DNA of 64,000 nucleotides from Malacoraja senta. Its lineage: Eukaryota. Below the pieces are notes generated by a model. It saw nothing but the letters and a program-made list of their open reading frames with translations. It was not told the DNA's origin and ran no database searches. The DNA lies in contig CM075989.1 in NCBI GenBank assembly GCA_038087875.1, forward strand, positions 15,316,001-15,380,000, written 5' to 3'. The translations under genes were made by a program, and so were the position numbers. Below, in pieces: positions 52,260 through 64,000 of this stretch (the first letter of the stretch is position 1; the number at the start of each line of letters is the position of its first letter).

Positions 52260-55149
52260 TATGGTCTAGAAATGTCTCCAAGCCAATTTTCAATCCAATT
52301 GGCTCGTTCGTCTTCAATTCCATGCGATTTAACCTTCAAAGACAAGCCTACCATGCAGGACCTTGGTAAAGGCCTTACTAAAATCCACATAAAATCCACC
52401 AACCTGCCCTTATCAATTCTCTTGGTAACATCTTCAAAAAACACAATTTCCCATCATCAGTTTGCATCTATGGAAATGCTGGTCGTTCCTATCTGTTAGA
52501 ATCTTCTGCAAACACTTTTCCACCACTGACATCAGGCTCACTTCAAGCCTGCACTTCCCTGGCTTGTCCTTGCTGCCCTTCTTAAATAACCATATGAAAT
52601 GAGCCGCACTCCAACCTTTCAAAACTTTTTCTTTGGGTAAAGTTTGAAATTTAAGTTTATTGCAATGTATACCGAGGTATAGTGAAAAGCTTTTGTTGTG
52701 TGCTAACCAGTCGACAGAAAGACAATACATGATTACAATCGATCCATCCACAGTGTACAGATACATGACAACGGGAATAACTTTCAGTGCAAGATAACGT
52801 CCAGTAAATTCAGATTAAAGATAGTCCGAGGGTCTTCAACAACTGGCAATTTTCAAGGTGTTTATTCTTAATTTTTAGATTCTAGTAACTCAGAAAAAAA
52901 GTTGGGATAATATTTCTATAGTTTTCTTTTTTCCTTCCATTGTTTTTCTTAAATGACAAATTAACTGTCGTTAAGGCAGTGCTGGCTCGAAAGGCCAAAT
53001 GGCCTACTCCTGCACCTGTTGTCTATTGTCTAACTGGCTATTTTCCAATTTAATGGAGTGGTTTTATTATATCTATTATATTTCCATTAAAACCTGAGGA
53101 CAGAAAGCCCAGGACTGGGCATATGTCACTTTCATGTGGTAAGGCCATGTCCATGATTCAATTTAATTTTGCTCAGGGTAGACTCCTCCAGTTATAAACA
53201 TTGACACAAACTAATTACGCGATTTAACAGACATTTTCTTTCACAGTAGTGTATCACCATTACCCATTTTTTAAAGGCTCACATGATTCCTAGCCATTCT
53301 TTCTCCTTTTACGGTTATAAAATAAAGTTTATTTTGATATCCTTTGCAAGATTTTTTTCATGTTTATTATTTCTTTCTATTTTGTCAGCTTTTCCAGTTC
53401 TCTGCAACTCTGCCACTTGCCAGGATTGATGTTAGTTTTGCTCTTTGCCCCAGTTTTACAGTCCGTTACCAGCCATCCATGGCTTTATCTATAATAATTG
53501 GAGCTCTTGCAACTTTGGGATAGAAACAAATTAAATGTTTTTTTCTAAAACAACCTATTGCTTTTCTCCTTTGGTCTTGTCAATAAAGTAATTTGCCCTG
53601 TTTACTGTGGCAGTTTAATGTGTTCTTCATTCTGTGGAAGAATTGTCTTAAACACAACTGGAACATGCACAGCTGTTTCAGGCATTTCCACGTCTTGAAC
53701 TCAAACATAATATGAAAGCTTTCAGATAAACGATTGTACACCAATATGCTGTTAATTAAATCTGGCCTGTTACTCAAAAATAAAACCGATTGGGACTTTT
53801 TTTTTGTTCTTCTGGAAATTCTAAACAGAAAACCACCTGCAATAATATTCCATACAAATATTAAATTAAATTGAATTTTGACTTGATCATCCTTAAATTC
53901 TCCAAACTATATTATGAAAGAAATAGTTATACAATATTTGTTTGCGTGAATGTTTCTTCTATTTTAATAACTATTTAATGAACATTGATTGATTGAAAGG
54001 GACAGCAAGGAAACATGCCCTTCGAAAAATAGGTAATGTATAGTGACCAGCCAATGAATAATTTTTAATCAATCTCATGCATCACCTTAATGCATGCTGA
54101 ATTAAATTGTGGAAATAGACCATTTATCACGTGCTTGATATGCCATATCATTTGCAACTTTATGTTGAAATGATAGATAAATAACATTGATGTTGGTAAC
54201 CATGAACATATCATATCACACCTTTTCCAAAAATGGCAGACAAATGACTATAAGCAAAATGTGTGGAGTGGAAATGATAATAGTTGATTACTTACAAAAA
54301 AAAATAGTCGTACAGATGAACTGCTTTCACATTCAATACTTTTCATACATAGAACTCACTAAAGTATTCATTAGCTTTCAGCTGCTCTTAAGACAAATCA
54401 CTAACACAACTACGAAGGTCTCTGCTTTTAAGTGCATATAATAGAGATTAAAATTCCGTCAATTATATATAGTTTTTGCGTTATTTAAGAAAGCTCACCT
54501 CACCTTTAATAGACACGCAACATTTTATCATACAGGCAATGCTCTCAAAAGCCATGATCATATTTCATTTTTTACATTTGCTATTTCAGCTTTCTTTTAA
54601 GGATTCTTATTCAAGGCAACTATGACCTTAACTGCCAGCAAGTGGCTGTGATACAAACGGGTTTCGCTGTTAAAACAGCTTACAAAAGCTTTTTTGCTGC
54701 ATCCTAAAGTAAAGTTATTCAATCACAAGAACAGTTCTTGCACAGTATAAAGTCCCAACTATTTTTCACCATGCTTTCCCAAAGGGAATGCCAACAAAAT
54801 CTGCTGATAACACCATCAGTCTGTTAAAAAAAAAATGGTAATGAAGATTGTGGAATATCGTACCATCTACTAAGAGTGAAGCACAAACAGTGATTAGTGA
54901 TGTGCCAATAAATACTCAACAGATTTGGTTTTCTGAAGGTTTTGAGTTTTATTCCCCCAAGTGAAATAAGGCTATTTTCTTTTTTTGCATTGTACTATTT
55001 TTGTAGAACAATGCCAAAAAAATTAAAAAGGGAAATATCCATGTTAATTGCAATAAAATTGAAACACACCTTTAACATTTTAGTTCAGTCACATCATACA
55101 CACACACACATAAATATATAATGGGGGGAAAAGAACACAGTTCCCATAG

Positions 55150-55820
55150 ATAGAGGTCATAGAACAGAAATGGGTCCTTCGACCCACTACATCCTTGCTT
55201 ATTATTTTGCTCATCTGAACCAATCTGTTTGTATGTGACTCTACCACTTCCACTGGCAGCAAGTTCCAAATATTTGCTGTGTAAAACAAAATTTACCTCT
55301 AAATTTCCCGTTATAACTTCTTCCTCTTAAATCTCTGTGCTCTTGTTTTTGATACCCCTACCATGTGAAAAGGATCTTGCCTAACTACCCAATCTGTGGC
55401 TTTCTTAAACGTAAATACTTTTTTAGAGTCACTCCTCAGCATCCTTTGCTCCAGCAAAAATAAACCCAGACTATGCAATCTCTCCTCAAAACTAATGTCC
55501 TCCAATCCAGGCAAAAACCTGCTAAATCTCCTCTGCACGATTCCCAGCAGAATTAAATTCTTCCTAAAGTGTGGCAACCAGAACTACACACAAAAATCCA
55601 AATGTCGTCCAACCAACATTGTGTAGAGTTGCAACATAGTAACTTATTTCCTTCGCTCCATAGATGCTGCCTCACCCGCTGAGTTTCTCCAGCATTTTTG
55701 TATACCTTCGATTTTCCAGCATCTGCAGTTCCTTCTTAAACATCTGAACTTTTACAGTCTATGCCCTGATCTATGAAGGCAAGCATGTGTTATGCCTTTT
55801 CCACTACCCTATCTACCTGT
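55150..55820 (-). mobile_element. CR1 3' fragment with nested Penelope-like tail (~55640-55740)
   Basis: ORF 55311-55577 (PHFRK..VQRRFSRFLPGLE..ERLHSLGLF) is the CR1 ORF2 C-terminus. Confidence 0.8.
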
Positions 55821-56864
55821 TAAATAAACAAGTATATTGTTGCATGTTAAATAAACATGTATTTATTTTAATGAATATCGAGACTATTATGTAATATTCT
55901 GACCAATTTTTAAAAAAAAGTTCTCCATCAACCTACAATTCTCTGGGGATGACAAAAAGTTAAATATACTACCAGACTACCAAAGCAAGACGCAAAAAAA
56001 TCGAATTAAAACGTAAAATTGCTGTTAATACCCATTAACATTAATCTGAAACACTAACACTGCTTTGCTCTCCACAAAGGGTGGCAGACCTATTGAGCAA
56101 TACCAGATTTTGTTTTAATCTCACTATCCCGGGTTCATCCATCTGTCACTGTCATCTGGAAGTACTCAAAAATAATCCATGATAAAGCACTTTTGAAGAC
56201 ATCCTGTGCACCATTCTGCAATAACAGACAAAATGGGAACAGATTCATGTTGAAAAACGTGGGCGTGCAAAAATCCACATTTGATCAACACTGGATTTCA
56301 ACTGATTATACCGACCCTCTTTGATTTAAAGAAAACATTCTTTTGCCCACAACAGCTAATTACTGTGACAGTATGTTACAATTCAATTATTGTGAAGTGA
56401 AACGCAATAGAAAAGAGAATTAGTACCAAGTCACTAAAGTCCTTCACTACTGCACACCACTGAATAATTGCAAAATAAATCACAAAGGTGTTGATTAATT
56501 ATATATTAATTAAATAACCTGTGACAGGATGTCCCAACAGCACAGTCAAAAATTAGCATTACAGAAATATCATTAAGTATGTTCCCAAAGGGGATATGTT
56601 AGCTTATGCTGTGTAAAAATATTCTTTTGTATTTTGGTTCCTTTCACAGGTTATTTTCTATTATTTTCTCAAAATGTATTTTTGATTCTTAAAAAGATCG
56701 TCTGCCAAATTCATAAACTCATATCATGAAATCAGCTTCTATAGTAACTTTCTGAAAACAAAACTAATGCACATTCAAAAACACCCATTATTATCTGAGA
56801 TTTTTACTGATTTGGCTTTCCCCACACCCCCACCAACTCTCTGCCTTTCTTGAACAGTATTACC

Positions 56865-58805
56865 AGTCCAAGCTAGAGTTCCAGACTAACCACGCAAACA
56901 CTTGTCAATTGTGGCAAGGTTTGCATGCTATAACAGACCGTATAGTGATGGTGGGTAGGATCACTGGTAACGATGCTTTCTTCCCTGATGAGCTCAGTGC
57001 ATTCTATGCTCATTTTGAACGGAAAACTAGTGGACGATGTCATCTATCCCAACATCTTCGAGTGCATCTGCACACAGGGTCACAGATATCAGATCGGCCT
57101 TCCCGAGAGTGAATTCAGACAGGAACTGACCCCAAAGGAGACCCTAGCCTTGTGTCAGAACCTGCACACTTTAGCTGGTGGGAGTATTCACAGACATCTT
57201 TAACCTTTCCCTACTCCAATCTGATATTCCCAACTGTTTCAAGAAGGCCACTATCATCCCGGTGCCAGAAGAATGCAAGGTTATGTGCCTCAATGACTAC
57301 TGCCTGGTGTTCTGACGTCTACCATCCTGAAGTGCTTCATGAGGCTGCTGATGACATACAACTCCAGCCTCCCAACCAGCCTAGATCCACTGTATTGCCT
57401 ATCACCAAAACAGGACTATCGCAGACTCCATCTCCCTGGCCCCACACTAATCACTGGAGCATCTGGCTAGCAAGGCCACCTACACCAGACAATTTATTGA
57501 CTATGGTTCTGCCTTTAACGCCATAATTCCAGCCAAACATATCTCCAAATTCTGGGACATAGGACTTAGCTGCACCCTCTGCAACTAGATCCTTGACTTC
57601 CTGACCTGCAGTCTCCAATCAGCAAGGATAGGACACATCACATTCTCCACAATAATCTTCAAAATTAGTGTCCCACAAGGCTGTATAGGTACCCCTTACT
57701 ATACTCCATATACATTCACCATTGGCTAAATTCAACTCCATCTACAAGTTGAGTAGGAAGGAACTGCAGATGCTGGTTTAACTCGAAGATAGACACAAAA
57801 TACAGGAGTAACTCAGCGGGACTGGCAGCATCTCTGGAGTGAAGGAATGGGTAACGTCTTCAGTCTGAAGAAGGGTCTCGACCCAAAACATTACCCATTC
57901 CTTCTCTCCAGAGATACTGCCTGTCCCGCTGAGTTACTCCAGGATTTTTGTGTCTATCTTCCATCTACAAGTTTGCAGATGTCACCACAGTAGTAGGCCA
58001 AATCTCAAATAATGATGAGACAGTGAAAGAAGCCGATAGAGATCTTACTGACATGGTGTCAGGACAACAATCTCTCTCTCAATGCCAACAAAATGAAAGA
58101 ACTAGTCATTAACTTTAAGAAGCAGGATGGAACACATCCCCCGATATCAATGATGCTGAAGTGGAGATGGTCGAGAACTTCAAATTCCTCAGTGTAAACA
58201 TCTGCAACAATTTATCCTGGTCCAACCACAATGACACAATGGTCAAGAAAGCATATCAACGACTCTACTTTCTCCGAAGGCAGAGGAAATTCAGTATGAC
58301 ACTTCCCAACTTTTAACAATGCACCGTAGAGAGCATCCTATCCGGATGCATCACAGCTTGGTATCGCAATTGTTCTGCCTGAGGTGGCAAGAAATTAGAG
58401 AAAATTGTGAATGCTACCCAGTCCATCACACAAACCAGCCTCGCCTCCATTTACAATTCCTGCTGGCTAAGGAAAGAAGCGAACATAATCTCCTTCCATC
58501 ATGGCCATCTCTCCTTTCTTGTCAGGCAGTAGATACAAAATGTTTGAAACACATATTTCCAGACTCAAGAACAGCTTTTTTCTCACTGTGATCAGACTCT
58601 TCGTCCTCTCACGCTCTAAGATGAATTGAAAATACAACCCAACCTACCTGGTTCCAGCCTTTAAAAAAAAAAAACCTTCTCTGCAGTTGTAACAAAATAT
58701 ACTGCATTCTGTGTTTTTTTATGCTCTTTCGCACTACCGTGATGATCTGACTGGACAGAACACCAAACAAAAATTTTCACTGTACATGTGATAATAAAGC
58801 TAAAT
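56865..58805 (+). mobile_element. Rex1/Babar-type LINE, 5'-truncated, degenerate
   Basis: PNCFKKATIIPVP..CLNDY, DYGSAFNAI, VPQGC, YKFAD, KAYQRLYFLR segments. Confidence 0.8.
57751..57959. mobile_element. Palindromic Penelope-like terminal-repeat insertion
   Basis: Perfect 14-bp TSD TCCATCTACAAGTT (57737-57750, 57960-57973); inverted arms. Confidence 0.85.
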
Positions 58806-60596
58806 CTTAGCCAATCATCTCAGTGACAAATGTCTTCCACAGACAAATGCAATGTTAGCGGTCCGTACACAATGTCCACTGTTTAAAACTGCACTCTCAA
58901 AGCAAAATGCATGGATGACATTATAAAACATAAGCCTAGAAACTGAATTAGAAAAAAATATTTTAACTTTTTTTATATGCATAAATTATACATAAGATAT
59001 GTTATGTGCATATTTTGAAGTGTTCATCTCCATTTCTGGCAGAAGACTCACCCACTGGAAAATTGGACTGAATAGTTTCTCTTGTGGTCCACCCTGACAT
59101 AGATATTATTTCCTGGTCCTATTTTGTTTATGTGATTATGTCATCATTGCAAGTGCTGTACACTTTTGAGGTCACACCTGCAACCTTCCCTCACAGTAAA
59201 ACATGAAGCAAATCACTCAAAAAGTCCACATCCATACACAATTTTAATGACTCCTGTTGGGACCTTTGTTCGTTTGCCACTGAGTCCTCCATATTGATTT
59301 CCATGAGCTGCCCTTTTGCAGACAAACACCACTAATAAAGTTCACAGTAGCATGTCAGTCCAAGCTACTGTGATATATGACTCTGATGATCATTGTGGCA
59401 ATAGTGATGCAGCTCATCACATACCAACGTTTAATCCCTATCCCCCTACTTCTTTCCTACTCTTCCTGTATGTCAACTTATGAGCAATCAGGTTACCCGA
59501 GTGAGGCTGACCCGATTCTCAGCACACAGTGTTTAAATTAGATTCCGACCGCCCTTTGTAATGCATAAATCGGGTTCTATCCCTTATAAATGGAAGCAAA
59601 CTACAACATGTGATAATAATGCAATGATTCCTAATTAGGCAATAACCCCAAAAGAAACAGGTAAAATCTAGACAATATTGAAAAACAAAGACAATATTGT
59701 TTTCTGTATAAAACGAAAACTATAACAACCAGTGTTTTTCCAGTTTCTACAGGAAAATAGTGAAAGATTCTAGCCCAGTCATTCAAATCTAGTTTTATTT
59801 TCCGGTTTTCAAAAGCATCAAATCAGAAACCTGCAGTTGCATTAATGATTTCCTTTCACTAGGATTTTCAAATTGGATGGAACATTTCTCCCAAAATATA
59901 AGCAATTAATGCAGGCAACGTTTCAAATGTCGAAATGGTCCCTTCATGCAGCAATTCCATGAAAGTGCAATGCCTGTAAGAACCAGACACACCAACAATC
60001 CTCTAATATAACTGATCGATCACTTTTAGTAAATTAATGAAGGCAGGGTGGATATGAAAATACGCACATAGGTCCTTGCCATGAATAAAAAACAAATAAG
60101 AGCTACAATCAATCACAAAATGGTAAACAGTACATAATATATTCGGCATAAGATAACAGAATAATATTTCCCATCTTAACTTATAAATCTGAATTTGCTG
60201 TCAGTCATATGGAAGCACCAAGTAGAATGAGAATCAATTCATGCTATTCTCACCTAGCCTTCTTCAGAGCAGCAGAGGTGAGACTTAAAACAACAATAGC
60301 TAACAGCCGGCGTAAGACCAATAACAAAGAGGGAATCTTGGACAAAGTAATTCAAATATTTAATATTATTATCCTTTATCTCATTCTCAAGCCAATTTGG
60401 AAGATGCTGTGTAATTGCAGAGCATCTAATTGAAAAAATTAAATTTAAAGAATTTAAATTAATTGTAGATTAATTGGATAATTAATGTTATAACAACTGG
60501 TTAAACAAACTGTCATTTTGAACAACATGCTATTTTAGAACTATGTGACAAGCCGTATATTTGAGTAATTCATTTATACAAAACACATTATAGTAC

Positions 60597-60817
60597 CTTA
60601 TATTACTCTTAAGAATCTTCAGACAGCTGTAGCACTTGAAAGTTGTATTTGTCTTCTGATCTTTCTGATTTAGGTGGGCATCGCCATCATCTTTTCCATA
60701 ATAAAAGTCTTTGACCAACATTATAAGTTTCCCTTTTTCAATTTCTAAAACCTTAGTTGGAGTCTGCTCAGCTGATGATGCAGGACAGTAGCTGGATACC
60801 AGATCTGGACAGCAAAA
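60597..60817 (-). CDS. ZNF280D: ZNF280D coding exon
   Basis: gag|...|gtacta; FCCPDLVSSYCPASSAEQTPTKVLEIEKGKLIMLVKDFYYGKDDGDAHLNQKDQKTNTTFKCYSCLKILKSNI(R); the KLIMLVxDFYYG motif is typical of the ZNF280/POGZ family; phase 0->2. Confidence 0.92.
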
Positions 60818-61096
60818 CTCAACAGATACAAAATAGTGGCATCATTTATCAGTAGTTATAAGATAAATATATATAGATATGATCATTGTATTTCATTTCT
60901 TGTGCACGGCATACATTAAAACTAACTTATGTCAATAGGACAAAATAATGGTTGTCCTGATTATTACGTATTCAGAATGGCTTTATCAAAACAATAGGGT
61001 ATAGAAGTTAACTATGTTCAATTATTTGCAGTCAACCTCAAGTTAAAGATTACATGCTCTTCTTATTCAAATGAATAATTAAAAGAATATACTTAC

Positions 61097-61197
61097 AACC
61101 ATATGATGTCGTAAAGAATCCAAGACATTGAAGTGAATGTTGCATTTTGGACAAGCTCTTGGGACCGGTACACCATTTTTAATATTACTTGGTGATT
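61097..61197 (-). CDS. ZNF280D: ZNF280D coding exon (most 5' exon found in window; zinc-finger start)
   Basis: cag|...|gtaagt; encodes SPSNIKNGVPVPRACPKCNIHFNVLDSLRHHMV, matching the recalled ZNF280D/C motif PRACPKCNIHFN; phase 1->0. Confidence 0.9.
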
Positions 61198-61756
61198 CTG
61201 CTTCAATAAAGTAGTATTGAAACAACAAATAAATTATTCAGCTTAATCAAATCCCTAATAGTTTAAGTAGTAGAGTTGACCCTACATATTTTACAAAAAT
61301 CATTAACTTTCACAATTATTCAAAAAGAATTTTCAATTGGTACATTGGCATTATTTTCCTACTACTAAACCCAAGTTTATTTTTCAACAACTAAACCCAA
61401 ATTTTACCATGTAGTCATAAATGTCACTTTATTTTGCTGCCCTCCTTGTGCATTATTTGTTGCAGGAGCTTAAATTATAAAATATACATACAATTGCCTA
61501 CCAACATCAAAATGTAACTGTTTTACAGCAGCACATGAAAATGAAGATTTGAGAAAATAGAAATAAAGATCATAAAACAGTACAAGCTTAACTGTGTTAC
61601 AGTGGTTCGCTCACAGTGAACATTGTTTCGATATTACTGACAGAGTGAAGGATATGCCAGTCATGAGAATCCAGATTGTGGTACATTTCTGGCTCTGATA
61701 ACGACCCAGTGTCCCCATGGTTGCTCAGTTGTGAGTTGTGAGATCTACACCATTTA

Positions 61757-64000
61757 CAGTGCCCTCCATAATGTTTGGGACAAACACCCATCATTTATTT
61801 ATTTGCCACTGTACTCCACAATTTGAGATTTCTAATAGAAAAACAATCTTTAAAGTGCACATTGTCAGATTTTAATAAAGGCCTTTTTTATACATTTTGA
61901 TTTCACCATGTAGAAATTACAGCTAAGTTTATACATAGTCTAGCGATGTTATAAAACGTACCTTCAGCGGCGCTGCAGTTCTGCTACTGGCCGTGTGCGC
62001 GACTTTGGCGCCTTTGGGTGGGGGGGTTAAAATCCAGTTTTCTACTGCCTTTAGGAGGTGGATTTTCTTGGGCTCCTAGCTACTGAAGAATAATCGATCG
62101 GACTTCCGTTCCCGATTTAAAAAATATATAAATCGCGGGACAATTTAATAATTAGATTAAAAGAAAAAGCGACTTCTAACGCCCTCAACGCCTACAACTT
62201 GACGGATTGCAAGAACGGGACAAAACAAAGGGTAAGTTGTTTATTTTACATATAATCTTGCTTCTTGGGATGACTTTAATCTAATTTTACTTTGCGAAAA
62301 TGTCATTTGGGCCCCATACGAACCGGCAGTGTTTTTCCTGCTGACATGGAGTTCAAATTCACCGCAAATGCAATGTTCCAATCGATCATGTTCCAGAAAA
62401 AACCACTCGCAAGATGATCTAAATGCGCTTTTGTTTTGGACAATCATGTCATAAGAGCATCTAAATCGTCTATATTTTGTGTTATTGTCTATCCATAGTC
62501 AATATTTTTATACTAAATATCAGTTTTAGTCCCATGTATTGTGCAAAAAAATAATAAATTTGATTATATTGAGTGGATGTTTCTAGATTAATTTATGGGA
62601 ATTAAACATTAAATTCCTTCCATCTGGCATATAAATTCATGACAGTGAGATTTAAAAATCATGTTATATTCTGAATTCTTGTGTGAATGGGATTAGTTTG
62701 TTTTTTGGATACTTAGGCTATTTTAAAAATATATAATTTTCTTAAGAAATGGAATCTACAGGACATTCTTAATGGGGAAAGTAGTGGACAGAAAGGCATG
62801 TCATGCGTGGTTTGAAGAGCAAAAACTTGTAGTTTACAATGCCAAAATGGAAAAGTTGAGGAAAAACAAGGTGTACAGAGTTGCTTATTGGTTACAATCT
62901 GAGGAGTCTGATGATGCTGCTGATTATGATATGCCAATGTACCAGCTAGCAACTGATCTTCTCCATAAAGACTTGGTCTATTGGTAGAAATTGTAATTTA
63001 TTTACCTATCTGTTACGGACTTACAGCATATAATACAATAATATTAAAGTTCTGATCTTGAGAATATCACATTTTTGAATTTTCATGGCTGTCTGGGTGT
63101 TTATTACTATTTCCGTCACAACGGTCAACTTTGTAATTAACTAATGATATGCTTTGATTTCAAGTCATCCAAGTAAGATGTTTTATATTTGTTGTAGAAT
63201 GCTTCAATCTATAATAACTGAAAATTTCATTCATTTCTCTTAATTTTTAAGAAAGTTATGGGTTTATGACTGTCCTCGATCACAACTTTTGTGTTAAGTC
63301 AATGGAAAAGCAATAGGAAACAAGATGCTAATTTCCGAGTATGAAAATGGTCATACATTTTTTAATACTGAAGATATGAAAGTGAATTAGGTGTCAAATT
63401 AAACTTATTTTTATGCTTTATCTGATGGGATAAATTGCAGACTTGATTTTTTTTATCTCAAAATTTTGTAACATTGGTACATAATCCCATTTCAGGGCGC
63501 CATAATGTTTGGGACACATGGCTTCACGGGAGTTTGTAATTACTCAGGTGTATTTAGTTGCCACCTTAATGCAGGTATAAGAGAGCTCTCAGCACCGAGT
63601 CTTTCCTCCAGTCTTTCCATCATCTTTGAAAACTTTTATTGCTGTTTATCAACATGAGGACCAAAGTTGTGCCAATGAAAGTCAAAGAAGCCATTACGAG
63701 ACTGAGAAACAAGAATAAAACTGTTAGAGACATCAACCAAACCTTAGGCTTACCAAAATGAACTGTTTGGAACATCATTAAGAAGAAAGAGATCACTGGT
63801 GAGCTTACTAATCACAAAGGGACTGACAGGCCAAGGAAGACCTCCACAACTGATGACAGAAGAATTCTCTCTATAATAAAGACAAATTCCCAAACACCGA
63901 CAGATCAGAAACACTCTTCAGGAGTCAAGTGTGGATTTGTCAATGACCACTGTCCGCAGAAGACTTCATGAACAGAAATACAGAGGGTACACTGCAAGAT
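61757..64000 (+). mobile_element. Tc1 transposon family A, copy 4 (interrupted; runs off the window)
   Basis: TA|CAGTGCCCTCCATAATG; resumes after 63486; transposase 5' part MRTKVVPMKVKEA. Confidence 0.93.
61941..63479 (+). mobile_element. Non-autonomous TIR DNA transposon with 7-bp TSD, nested in a Tc1 TIR
   Basis: Imperfect TIR TAGCGATGTTATAAAA / TACCAATGTTACAAAA (rc); flanks CATAGTC / CATAATC; Tc1 sequence is contiguous once the insert is removed. Confidence 0.8.

Noticed and set aside
1..64000. CRISPR arrays, operons or prokaryotic defence systems
   Set aside because: No regularly spaced repeat-spacer array or prokaryotic gene density; the sequence is spliced vertebrate DNA

Overview
AT-rich, transposon-dense vertebrate genomic DNA, not prokaryotic. 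The repeat complement (HE1-like tRNA SINE, CR1, Penelope-like elements, Tc1, Rex/Babar, Tx1) suggests a cartilaginous fish such as a skate or ray; this is an inference. The single clear host gene is ZNF280D (SUHW4-like C2H2 zinc-finger protein) on the minus strand. I traced 13 GT-AG coding exons from 61197 down to the stop at 11793. The 5' exons lie beyond the right edge, and one small exon between 13623 and 26038 is unresolved. Introns and flanks hold six Tc1 transposons of two families (one Passport-like and nearly intact), a full-length Tx1-clade LINE at a (GA)n tract, many CR1/Rex/L1/L2 fragments, inverted Penelope-like insertions with hammerhead-like motifs, and a Harbinger MITE. There is also an unclassified GC-rich fold-back element and a 7-bp-TSD DNA element carrying a Tudor/Spin-like ORF remnant. 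The most notable higher-order feature is an inverted pair of young Tc1 copies bracketing five exons (801 nt, frame-symmetric), a circRNA- or composite-transposon-like architecture. No convincing wholly new gene system is visible; the novelty is in the mobile elements and their interaction with ZNF280D.
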